A DNA stretch of 44,763 bases from a virus: the UHGV virus genome UHGV-0246887; one strand, written 5' to 3'. This document shows, piece after piece, positions 9,285 through 17,630 of the stretch. The position numbers were made by a program, and so were the translations under genes. The notes under the pieces were generated by a model. The model had not been told where the DNA came from and made no database searches. It saw only the letters and a list, made by a program, of their open reading frames with translations. Each line of letters opens with the position of its first letter. The stretch's first letter is position 1.

Positions 9285-9878
9285 GTGGCTGAAGTCTACT
9301 CATTCGCCGCCACTATTGCTACGTGGGTGGATAAGACGAAGGAGAACAACGATAAGGCGGTGCGGGCGTACGGGATGCAAATACTCGGACGCCTTATTGA
9401 GATCTCCCCGGTGGGCGACCCTCGCCGGTGGAAAATTAACAGGGCTTACGCGCTGGCCCGCCAGCACGCGAACAAGGTGAACGCCGCGCAGCGTCGCAAG
9501 AATGGCGGCAAACTGAAGCGCGGTCAGAAGAAGCACGCCAGTGTGCTGGTATCATTCAAAACTAAAAACGGCAACGTCACGTTCCGCCAGCGCGGCTGGG
9601 CCGCGAAGAATTACACCGGGGGGCGCTTCCGGGGGAACTGGCAGGTGACGTTCGACCGCCCGGCTGTGGGCGCTATTGACCGCGTGGACAAGGCCGGAAC
9701 GGCAACATTAGCCGCTGGGCGTGAAGTGCTGGCACATTACGATTCGAGTGAATACGGGTCGATCTGGTTTACTAACAACGTGCCATACGCGCAGCGCCTA
9801 GAGTATGGCTGGAGTAAACAAGCGCCAGCGGGGATTGTTCGCGTCGTAGCGGCAGAAATTAATTCGAAGGTGAAATAA
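9285..9878 (+). CDS. HK97 gp10-like head-tail/tail completion protein
   Basis: GTG start with AAGGGG RBS; C-terminal NNVPYAQRLEYGW resembles gp10-family motif. Confidence 0.45.
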   Translation: MAEVYSFAATIATWVDKTKENNDKAVRAYGMQILGRLIEISPVGDPRRWKINRAYALARQHANKVNAAQRRKNGGKLKRGQKKHASVLVSFKTKNGNVTFRQRGWAAKNYTGGRFRGNWQVTFDRPAVGAIDRVDKAGTATLAAGREVLAHYDSSEYGSIWFTNNVPYAQRLEYGWSKQAPAGIVRVVAAEINSKVK

Positions 9879-10300
9879 TGAGCAATACCGCAATCCGCAA
9901 AGCGCTTAACAGCGTGGTAGAAGAGTTATCGGCGAGCCTGAGCACAAGCCCGCGTCCGATCAAGGTTAACTGGGAGAACGTGCAAGGGGACCACGCAAAC
10001 GGGAGTGGTGTCTACCTGGAGCCGTACCTGCTACCGGCCCCGACCCAGTTTGTGGGCCTCCAGCAAAAGGGGAGAATCTATGCAGGCGTATATCAGGTTG
10101 CCGTGGTGTTTCCCGCAGGAACTGGAACACAGTACGCGAGCGAACTGGCGGACGCCATCGCTACGTCTGATAAGTGGCTGGCGGTGAAGATTTCCGGTGC
10201 GTCATTTCAGCTTCAGGACGCGCCATACACCAGTTCAGTGATTGAAGACGTTGATCGCGCCCGCATCGTGGTTACAGTACCCTACACCTGTTGCGCCTGA
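9878..10300 (+). CDS. Tail terminator/neck protein (putative)
   Basis: 140 aa ORF overlapping the previous stop (ATAATG), immediately upstream of major tail protein. Confidence 0.45.
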   Translation: MSNTAIRKALNSVVEELSASLSTSPRPIKVNWENVQGDHANGSGVYLEPYLLPAPTQFVGLQQKGRIYAGVYQVAVVFPAGTGTQYASELADAIATSDKWLAVKISGASFQLQDAPYTSSVIEDVDRARIVVTVPYTCCA

Positions 10301-10361
10301 TTTGGCGCTATTCTGCGCGTGCTGTATCATTAAACCGTATATCTAAACAGGAGCGTTCATT

Positions 10362-11087
10362 ATGGGTTATCAACTTCCTAACGGGTCTAGCGTCCAGATT
10401 GGGTCCGTACTGGGCAACGGCATCGCTGTTACGGCAGCTACCAACGCCGCCGCGTCGATCTCCGACCTTACGCAAGGTTGCGTAATTACCTGCGCGGAGT
10501 CTCACGGTCTGGCTGTTGGCGACGTTGTTATGTTCACTAAAACCCCGTGGGTCCGTGCGCTGAACCGCGCGTTCATCGTTGGTAAAGTATCGGGGAACGA
10601 CGTTACACTGGCGCGCTTCGATACTCAAGACGCCACCAAATACCCGACCGGTGCTTTCGGCGTAGGCACACCAGGAGAGGTGGTGAAGGTGTCGAGATTT
10701 ATCGACTTCCCGTTTATCACTAACGTCGCCGTGTCTGGTGGCGACCAGCAGACTACTACCTTCCAGCCGTTGCAGGTGAATACCGCGATTAGTCTGAATA
10801 CCACGAAAAACCCGTTGGTCCAGACTTACACCTTCACCCATGACGAAGAAGACCCGATCCGCCCGATTCTGGAAGACCTGGACGACACACAGAAAACCAC
10901 TGTGATTAAGTTCACTAACCCGGCAGCGGCAAGCGGCAAAGGTGAGATCCGCATTTACCCGGCTAAGGTGTCTTTCCGGAAGATTCCATCGGCTGAAGTA
11001 AACAACGTGGAGACGGTGGAGTCCACTCTGACCATGCAATCCGATATGGTTATTTACCGTAAGGACCTGGTTGAAGCGCTGTCGTAA
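10362..11087 (+). CDS. Major tail (tube) protein
   Basis: 241 aa, RBS AGGAG, followed by strong terminator and then chaperone/tape-measure genes. Confidence 0.7.
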   Translation: MGYQLPNGSSVQIGSVLGNGIAVTAATNAAASISDLTQGCVITCAESHGLAVGDVVMFTKTPWVRALNRAFIVGKVSGNDVTLARFDTQDATKYPTGAFGVGTPGEVVKVSRFIDFPFITNVAVSGGDQQTTTFQPLQVNTAISLNTTKNPLVQTYTFTHDEEDPIRPILEDLDDTQKTTVIKFTNPAAASGKGEIRIYPAKVSFRKIPSAEVNNVETVESTLTMQSDMVIYRKDLVEALS

Positions 11088-11117
11088 TTTGGTCGCTTAA
11101 ATAGCGGGTGTTAATAT

Positions 11118-11141
11118 GGGGCCAGTACGGCCCCTTTTTTA
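11118..11141 (+). terminator. Rho-independent terminator after major tail gene
   Basis: GGGGCC-agta-CGGCCCC followed by TTTTTT. Confidence 0.7.
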
Positions 11142-11156
11142 TTGGAGAATACTACA

Positions 11157-11519
11157 ATGGCAAAAGCACCACTCTTCACACTTGACCCTAAGCCGACCTT
11201 TAAGCTGCCGATTGAGATCCCGCGCCCCGGTGAAAACGAACCGGGAAAAATGACGTTTACCGTGCGCCACCGCCCGATCGACGAATTTTCGCAGACCATG
11301 CAGGATACTGAGCGCAAGTTGTCGGAATATGACGACAATGATCCTGACGGCTTTAACGTTATGGTCGAGGCCATCATGCACGTCGCAGAAGGCTGGAATC
11401 TGCCGGACGAATTTAACGCGGAGAACGTCCGCCGCCTGGTGGTCAACTATCCGCGCGCGTTCGGCGTGTTCCACACGTCGTACTATCTCGAACTGATGGG
11501 GTTGCGTGAAAAAAACTAA
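11157..11519 (+). CDS. Tail assembly chaperone (lambda G-like)
   Basis: 120 aa acidic protein directly upstream of tape measure; ends in slippery run G AAA AAA C. Confidence 0.65.
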   Translation: MAKAPLFTLDPKPTFKLPIEIPRPGENEPGKMTFTVRHRPIDEFSQTMQDTERKLSEYDDNDPDGFNVMVEAIMHVAEGWNLPDEFNAENVRRLVVNYPRAFGVFHTSYYLELMGLREKN

Positions 11520-11833
11520 TTGAGGCGGCGCGACGCTTTTATGGCCCGCCGCCACCCTCCGAAGATTTAGCCGCAAGTTTATGGGGTGCGGCCCCCGAAG
11601 ATGTTTGTCCGCCTGTTGCGCTATGGCCCGACAACGCGAAGGTAGTCGCAGTCTTCACAGATTGCTCCACGCAATGGCGCACCGGATTTGGCGGCGCATA
11701 CGGCATCGACTACGGCGTGCTGGAGTGGTTATTTAAGATGCACGGTATCGAAAACGAGCAGCGCGCGTTTAAAGATATCAAGCTAATGGAACGAATCGCG
11801 CTTGAGGAAATGGCGCAACAAAACCCCGCATAA
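11157..11833 (+). CDS. Tail assembly chaperone frameshift product (G-T-like fusion; -1 shift at 11510-11516)
   Basis: Slippery heptamer A AAA AAC at 11510-11516, stem-loop GGCGGCG...CGCCGCC 7 nt downstream, and open -1 frame to TAA at 11831-11833. Confidence 0.55.
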
Positions 11834-11980
11834 TGAAGCGAGACAAACGGGACGTCCCGTTTTGTCCCGCCCCTGTAAAACTGCATATCTACTCACTTCC
11901 ACTGCATAAACTCAAAACGGGACAAGCGGGACGTCCCGTTTTGTCACGCCCTGTAAATATGCATACATATGCAGATTTCG
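11834..11980. repeat. Palindrome/iteron-rich non-coding region (AAACGGGACGTCCCGTTTT twice; CTGTAAA-N-TGCATA twice)
   Basis: Direct reading: perfect 18-19 bp palindromes and CGGGAC(A/G) hexamers. Confidence 0.6.
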
Positions 11981-12152
11981 TGCATAAACCAAACGGGACA
12001 AAAAGCGGGACAAACACGAGGCGGGACAAAGCGGGACAGCACCCCCGTCCCGCCCCGGATGGCGCGGCTTCCAGAGGAGCGGGACAGCGGGACAGCACCC
12101 CAGTCTTTCAGACTAGACGGGGGTCAACGGCCCCCCTCGTCTGAGACTGAAT
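11981..12152. repeat. Copy A of a ~172-bp duplicated element with six or more CGGGACA iterons and a 3' GC hairpin
   Basis: Near-identical to 40291..40463; the ORF-track translations of 11833..12144 and 40199..40453 share an identical peptide string. Confidence 0.8.
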
Positions 12153-12217
12153 AAGGTTTGTTTTGAAATCGCTGATACAATATCCATCGGCAACTGCATA
12201 AAAAAGGGGACTGCATA

Positions 12218-14860
12218 ATGGCAGATCAGGCAGCAGGCATCACGCTAAAGGCTGATGTTGCACAAATCAGAACGGCAAATACTGTGCTGGACTCCTTCGC
12301 ACAGAAATCCGAGAACACAGAAAACAAGGTTAAGAAATTAAACGACACCCTCGGCAAATCCAAAAAGGTGACGAGTGACGCCGCGGGCGGAATGGAAAAG
12401 CTGGCAAACGAATCGCAGCGCGCCGCCGATGGCATGACGAAACAGGAGCGACTCGCCAACAGGTTAGGCATGTCGACTAAAAACCTGGGCTTTGCCTCGC
12501 GTAACGCCGCATTCCAGTTACAGGATATCGCAGTTACGCTTGAGATGGGTATGCCGGTACACCGCGTTATGCTTCAGCAGTTACCGCAGCTAACTGGGGC
12601 GTTCGGTGGATTGGGTAACACTCTGCGTTATGTTGCTGGCTTCCTCGGTCCAGTTGGGATCGGCCTTGCTGCGGTAACGGCAACGTTAGGCGTGGGCGTA
12701 GCAATTACGTCCCGCGCAGAGAACCAGGTCGCAGCGCTTAACAAGACGCTGGCGCTGTCAGGTAACATTTCCGGCCTAACGGCAAACCAGATCCTGGTGC
12801 TATCCGAGAACGCCGAGCGCATGGGCGGGTCATTCCGCAAGACGCGTGACACAATCCAGGCGCTGGCGGCGGCGGGTGTGAAAGCGGGTGGTGACTTCGG
12901 CGCATTGGCTAAGGTAGTTAATGACTTTGCGAAGGTGTCCAGCCAGCCGATCGAGGATGTTGTAGCGGCGGTGGCGAAGCTGTCAACCGACCCCGTTGGC
13001 GGACTGCGTGCGCTGGCGGATAAGTATCACGTCGTAAACGAAGCGCAGATCCAGCAGGTACAGTCGCTCGTTGATGCGGGTCGTGAGACAGACGCAGTTG
13101 CGCTGGCTAACAAAACAGCCGCTGCGTCGTTCACCAGCATGACCAATGAGATCAAGGCGAACATGGGTACGCTTGAGCGATCTATGAACGTCGTCACATC
13201 GGCAGCCAAATCAATGTGGGATGCCATCCTGGATGTGGGCCGCGCGCAGTCCTCCAATGAATCCGAGATGAAAGCGCGCGAATCACTGCAGCGGCTGACC
13301 ACGGCTTACTATGCCGAGATGAAAGCGGTAAACGCTGCCGGTGGGGTAATGACTGAAGCGCAGAAAGCACGTATTAACATGCTTTACAGCGAACTGGTCG
13401 CCCAGGAAAAAGTGGTGGCGTCGCTCACCCTGCGTAACCGTGCTGAGCGAGACAACGCCCGCGCCGCAGACGAATCCGCAAAGGCGAACGAGGAGGCCAA
13501 CCGCACTGCCCGTGACCGCGCCGCGTTCGAGAAGGAATACGCCACCAACGCTAAGAAGCGCGCCGACGAGATCGCCCGCCTCAATTTGCTGAATAAGCGC
13601 GGCGTTATTGATGAGAAAGAACTAGCCGAGGCGGTGAAGCAGGTAAACGAGCGGTACAAAGACCCAGCCCCGAAAAAGGCCGCGGCTGTTCGCGTGGATG
13701 CCGGTATGAAAATGCTGGAAGTCGCACGGAGCGAACTGGCCCAGCTTCGAGAATCCGGCAAGCAGATCGAAGCCAACGCGGCTACGCAGACCCGCACGCA
13801 ACGCGCTCAAGCTGCCTTAAACAAGCTGATCGCCGACAATGAGCAGTTAATCGCTGCGAGCAAAGAAAGAGCGCTAACGGCAGCAGAAAAGCAGCAATTA
13901 GTCGAGTTCGGGCGCGTGAAGGAAGTCCGCGAGCAGATCGTCGAAGAAGCCAAATTGCTGGATGCGAAAGAGCAGCAGGTTAAGGCGCACGCGCAGATCG
14001 ATGCCTTCGTTAAGAACCAGAATGCCGAGCTAAAAGCCACCGTGGCGGGATATGCGCTTTCCACTCGCGAAGCGGCTAACCTGCGAGAAGAATTGCAGCT
14101 AATTGATCGCCTGAAGCGGGTGGGCGCTAGCGATACCGATATTGATCTGGCGGTGTCTAAGCTGCGCGAAGTGCAGGAAGCACAGACCGGTGCTAACGCC
14201 TCGCTATGGGATGGCTTCAGCCGCGGGCTTAAGGATAGCGTTGATGAAATGGGTAACGGCTATACGCAGATGACGTCACTCACAAAATTCACGTTCGGCG
14301 CTATGCAGGACACGATGAACGAGTTTTTCGAGACTGGCAAGCTGAACGCAAAAGATATGGTTAAGTCCATTCTGAGCGAATTAATAAAGCTGGCTACCTC
14401 GCAGGCATTCAAGTCCATCGTTAGCGCTTTCGGTGGCGACGGCGGCAAAAACGGATTGTTCGGCGCTATCTTCTCTGGCCTAACTAAGAATGCGGACGGA
14501 GGAGCGTACGCAGGGGGCAATCTCGCGGCCTATTCGGGGCAAGTGGTAAGCCAGCCCACCTTTTTCAGTTACGGCGTCCAGGCGTTCGCAAAGGGCGCGG
14601 GATTGATGGGGGAGGCCGGACCCGAGGCCATCATGCCGCTGAAGCGCGGGCCGGACGGGAAACTGGGCGTTGCCGCGTCTGGCGCAGGCGGTGGTATGGT
14701 CGTGACGACTAACGTTTACACGGGGACCGGTAAAACGGATACCAGTGTCAGCGGGCCGGATCCCCGTACCGCGCAGGCGTTCGGCAAGCAAATCACCGAG
14801 GCGGTGAAGGCCGAGATCGTGAAGGCGACGAAACCGGGTGGTGTACTTTACAAACGATGA
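12218..14860 (+). CDS. Tail tape measure protein
   Basis: 880 aa, coiled-coil-rich, Ala/Gly-rich transmembrane-like central segment, downstream of chaperone frameshift gene. Confidence 0.85.
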   Translation: MADQAAGITLKADVAQIRTANTVLDSFAQKSENTENKVKKLNDTLGKSKKVTSDAAGGMEKLANESQRAADGMTKQERLANRLGMSTKNLGFASRNAAFQLQDIAVTLEMGMPVHRVMLQQLPQLTGAFGGLGNTLRYVAGFLGPVGIGLAAVTATLGVGVAITSRAENQVAALNKTLALSGNISGLTANQILVLSENAERMGGSFRKTRDTIQALAAAGVKAGGDFGALAKVVNDFAKVSSQPIEDVVAAVAKLSTDPVGGLRALADKYHVVNEAQIQQVQSLVDAGRETDAVALANKTAAASFTSMTNEIKANMGTLERSMNVVTSAAKSMWDAILDVGRAQSSNESEMKARESLQRLTTAYYAEMKAVNAAGGVMTEAQKARINMLYSELVAQEKVVASLTLRNRAERDNARAADESAKANEEANRTARDRAAFEKEYATNAKKRADEIARLNLLNKRGVIDEKELAEAVKQVNERYKDPAPKKAAAVRVDAGMKMLEVARSELAQLRESGKQIEANAATQTRTQRAQAALNKLIADNEQLIAASKERALTAAEKQQLVEFGRVKEVREQIVEEAKLLDAKEQQVKAHAQIDAFVKNQNAELKATVAGYALSTREAANLREELQLIDRLKRVGASDTDIDLAVSKLREVQEAQTGANASLWDGFSRGLKDSVDEMGNGYTQMTSLTKFTFGAMQDTMNEFFETGKLNAKDMVKSILSELIKLATSQAFKSIVSAFGGDGGKNGLFGAIFSGLTKNADGGAYAGGNLAAYSGQVVSQPTFFSYGVQAFAKGAGLMGEAGPEAIMPLKRGPDGKLGVAASGAGGGMVVTTNVYTGTGKTDTSVSGPDPRTAQAFGKQITEAVKAEIVKATKPGGVLYKR

Positions 14861-14894
14861 TAAAATGGCCCTCACTACAACGTGGGGGCTTTTT

Positions 14895-15494
14895 ATGTCA
14901 CAAGGTACAATCACACTAACGAAAGGAAGTAAGACCGTCACGGGCGCGGGAACGGCGTTCCTTAGCGAGATCGGGAAGGTACTCGTATTCGCCCGCATCG
15001 ACGGCAACGACTACACCGGCAAAATTGCGGCATTCAACTCGAACACGGTCATTACTCTGAAAGATAACTGGGCCGGTCCGACGAAATCCGGTGCGGCATA
15101 TGAGCTAATCGAAGCACACGACCCGCGATCAAACGAATGGCCCTATTACTGGCACATGCAATTGCAAGGCGGCGGAGACGTGCAGTTGTCTTTCCGGTCC
15201 GAGGAATTGCAATTTGGTAACGGTTACGGACAGAACATCGCGGACGGCCCGAACGCCGAAACGAAACAGTTCCCCGTGCAATTCGTCGGGCTGACTACGG
15301 ACAAATGGTGCGACCCTAAACTGGTTTACAACTTCCTTCGCGGTCACTTCGTAAAACCGTTTGTCGTCACAGCACCAGATGGCGAAACAGGTTTATTCGT
15401 GGTCGAGCGTTCGAGCTTGTCGTACACGGACAACGGGCACTACACGGCAACGGTATCCGCCACCCTTAAGACTGCTATTGGATTCGTAAGATGA
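14895..15494 (+). CDS. Minor tail protein (lambda M-like or distal tail protein)
   Basis: ATG with GGGGG RBS inside ORF 14838..15494; position directly after tape measure. Confidence 0.5.
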   Translation: MSQGTITLTKGSKTVTGAGTAFLSEIGKVLVFARIDGNDYTGKIAAFNSNTVITLKDNWAGPTKSGAAYELIEAHDPRSNEWPYYWHMQLQGGGDVQLSFRSEELQFGNGYGQNIADGPNAETKQFPVQFVGLTTDKWCDPKLVYNFLRGHFVKPFVVTAPDGETGLFVVERSSLSYTDNGHYTATVSATLKTAIGFVR

Positions 15495-16279
15495 ATAAAC
15501 TTTATCGCGAGGCGACGCGCTTTGACCCATCGGGCCGCGTTCGCCTGATTCACATTGACGCGCAGGACGTGGAACCAGGCGACGGCGCGATCGGAGCGGG
15601 CCATCACTATTTTCATTACTGCTTCATTCCGCACACTGCCGAGGATATTGCTGCCGCTGGTGGTGACGAGGATAAGCTAAAACCTAAATCCATCTTCTTC
15701 GGCGGGCAGGAGTTCGAATTCTGGCCCTTCGATCTGTCCGGCCTTAACTTCTCCACATCGACGGCGGCAGAACCGCAACTAACAATCGTCGATATTGGCG
15801 GCATAATAACCCGGCTGTCGCTGAACCACGACCAGCTACTTGGCGCGAAGGTTGAGATCATTGATACGTTCGCGAAGTTCCTGGATAACGGGACAGATCC
15901 AGACCCGACGCAGAAACGAGTTCAGGAGTATTACATCGACTCGCAGGTCGGGCGCAATCCGGGCAAGCGAATTACCTTCGCACTATCCTCGCCTGCGGAT
16001 ATGGAAGGGCAGGTCGTTCCCCGTCGCCAAATCATGAATATGTGCGAATGGGCGCTCAACGGGAAGTACGCCAGCGGGGACGGGTGCACCTGGAACCTTG
16101 CGAAGCCCGGTATAAAGTATTACGACGAGCGAGGTAATGAAGTCATTGCGATGAATATGGACCGATGCGGCGGCTGTTTGTCCGACTGTTATCTTCGATT
16201 TGGGCAAGGGCTTGCGGACCCGAAAGCGGCGGTGCTGGACTTCGGCGGCTTTCCTGGGTCCAGATTAATTAAGGGGTAG
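15491..16279 (+). CDS. Minor tail protein L-like
   Basis: 262 aa; C-terminal cysteine cluster (CGGCLSDC) as in lambda gpL; gene order M-L-K-I-J. Confidence 0.6.
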   Translation: MNKLYREATRFDPSGRVRLIHIDAQDVEPGDGAIGAGHHYFHYCFIPHTAEDIAAAGGDEDKLKPKSIFFGGQEFEFWPFDLSGLNFSTSTAAEPQLTIVDIGGIITRLSLNHDQLLGAKVEIIDTFAKFLDNGTDPDPTQKRVQEYYIDSQVGRNPGKRITFALSSPADMEGQVVPRRQIMNMCEWALNGKYASGDGCTWNLAKPGIKYYDERGNEVIAMNMDRCGGCLSDCYLRFGQGLADPKAAVLDFGGFPGSRLIKG

Positions 16280-16281
16280 CC

Positions 16282-17022
16282 ATGTTAACGAAAAAGGTTA
16301 AAAGCGATATCGCCGCGCACGTTGCGGCATGTCTGCCGGAAGAAGCCTGTGGGTTGGTAGTCATGGTGGGTCGCAAGCAAGTATTCGTACCATGTCAGAA
16401 CGTATTCGAAGACCCGACCGGCGTGCGCTCACGCAAAGACGCGTTTACTATTAGTGATATGGCCTGGATGGATGCCGAGGATATGGGCGACGTCGTGCGC
16501 GTAGTCCACTCACACCCGGGTCAGCGCGAGTTAACCCCCTCACTGGGCGACGTTAACGGATGCAACGGCAGCGGCGTCGTCTGGACCATCACTAACGAAT
16601 ATGGCGACTTTATCGAGATCGACCCGGAAGACCCGCCGCTGGTGGGTCGCCGATTTGTTCTCGGAATTACGGATTGTTATGGCCTCGTTATGGACTGGCA
16701 CAAAAAGCAGGGAGTAAATTTGCCAGACTTCCGCGTGCCGTATAACTGGTGGGAGACAGGCGAAAATCTGTATATGGATAATTGGTACGGTGCAGGCTTC
16801 AGGGAATGCGAGGAGAATACGCCTGGGGCGATGGTCATCATGCAAATCAGCGCGCCAGTACCTAACCATGCCGGGATATTCCTTCCAGGCAACCAACTAC
16901 TACACCATATCTACGGCAGTCTGTCGAGCGTGATACCCTTCCGGTCAGGATTTTTCCGCGACAATGTGGTTAAATGGGTACGTCATAAAGACCTACCGGG
17001 GAATATCACAGAATGGCAATGA
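16282..17022 (+). CDS. Tail assembly protein K-like (JAB/MPN + NlpC/P60 domains)
   Basis: HSHPG metalloprotease-like motif and C-terminal NlpC/P60-like region; position. Confidence 0.65.
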   Translation: MLTKKVKSDIAAHVAACLPEEACGLVVMVGRKQVFVPCQNVFEDPTGVRSRKDAFTISDMAWMDAEDMGDVVRVVHSHPGQRELTPSLGDVNGCNGSGVVWTITNEYGDFIEIDPEDPPLVGRRFVLGITDCYGLVMDWHKKQGVNLPDFRVPYNWWETGENLYMDNWYGAGFRECEENTPGAMVIMQISAPVPNHAGIFLPGNQLLHHIYGSLSSVIPFRSGFFRDNVVKWVRHKDLPGNITEWQ

Positions 17023-17630
17023 CCACGTTTAAATTGTACGGCGTCTTAGGGCGTCGTTTTGGTAAAGTGCATAAGCTGGACTGCTTCACACCGGGAGAAG
17101 GCATCACCGGCCTGTGTGTGAAGTTGCCTGGGTTACAAGACTTTTTAATGTCGGCCCACCTGGACAATATGATGTTCAAGGTGCGCAAAGGCAACCACAC
17201 GATGACCGGTTATGATGAGCTTGGCGAGTTCCACGGCAACCGCGTAGTGACCATCGCGCCGGTTATGACGGGGGCAAAAAGCGGACTGGGCCAATTGCTG
17301 GCGGGTGTCGCGATTGTAGTGGCGTCGTTCTATACTGGCGGACTTGCTACTGCCGCTTTCGGGGCTTCGGCTGCAACCGCTGCCGCTATAGGTACGGCTA
17401 CATTTTCGTTCGGCATGTCGCTTGCGCTGGGCGGTGCTATGCAATTGCTGTCCCCACAGCCGAAAGGATTGCAGACAAGGCAGGACGTGGATAACAAAGC
17501 GTCGTACGCGTTCGGCGGGCCAGTGAATACAACAGCGCAAGGCACGGCGCTTGGTGTATTATGGGGCGAGCGTGAGATCGGCGGCGCTATTATTTCAGCC
17601 GGAATAGTAACCGAGGACTTGAACGAATGA
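17013..17630 (+). CDS. Tail assembly protein I-like
   Basis: 205 aa with Gly/Ala-rich hydrophobic C-terminal half; between K-like and J-like genes. Confidence 0.55.
   Translation: MAMTTFKLYGVLGRRFGKVHKLDCFTPGEGITGLCVKLPGLQDFLMSAHLDNMMFKVRKGNHTMTGYDELGEFHGNRVVTIAPVMTGAKSGLGQLLAGVAIVVASFYTGGLATAAFGASAATAAAIGTATFSFGMSLALGGAMQLLSPQPKGLQTRQDVDNKASYAFGGPVNTTAQGTALGVLWGEREIGGAIISAGIVTEDLNE

Noticed and set aside
10308-11039. 243-aa minus-strand ORF antisense to the major tail protein gene
   Set aside because: Fully overlaps a well-supported structural gene on the opposite strand, no RBS, atypical composition; treated as a spurious antisense ORF (the same applies to 18883..19737, 20072..20755, 7793..8275, 35036..35695 and similar)
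11833-12144. ORF of 103 aa (and its twin at 40199..40453, 84 aa) with identical peptide sequence
   Set aside because: Both are translations of the duplicated iteron element; Arg/Gly/Pro-rich low-complexity product, no RBS. Better explained as non-coding repeat DNA
11834-12152. Possible CRISPR array suggested by the many short repeats
   Set aside because: Repeats are 7-bp iterons with irregular spacing and no spacer-like unique units; no cas genes. Not a CRISPR array
16899-16906. GCAACCAA motif copy inside the K-like tail gene (and TTGCAACCAATTGG at about 41207 inside ORF 41012..41281)
   Set aside because: Located within coding sequence without promoter-like context; possibly chance occurrences, so not annotated as regulatory sites
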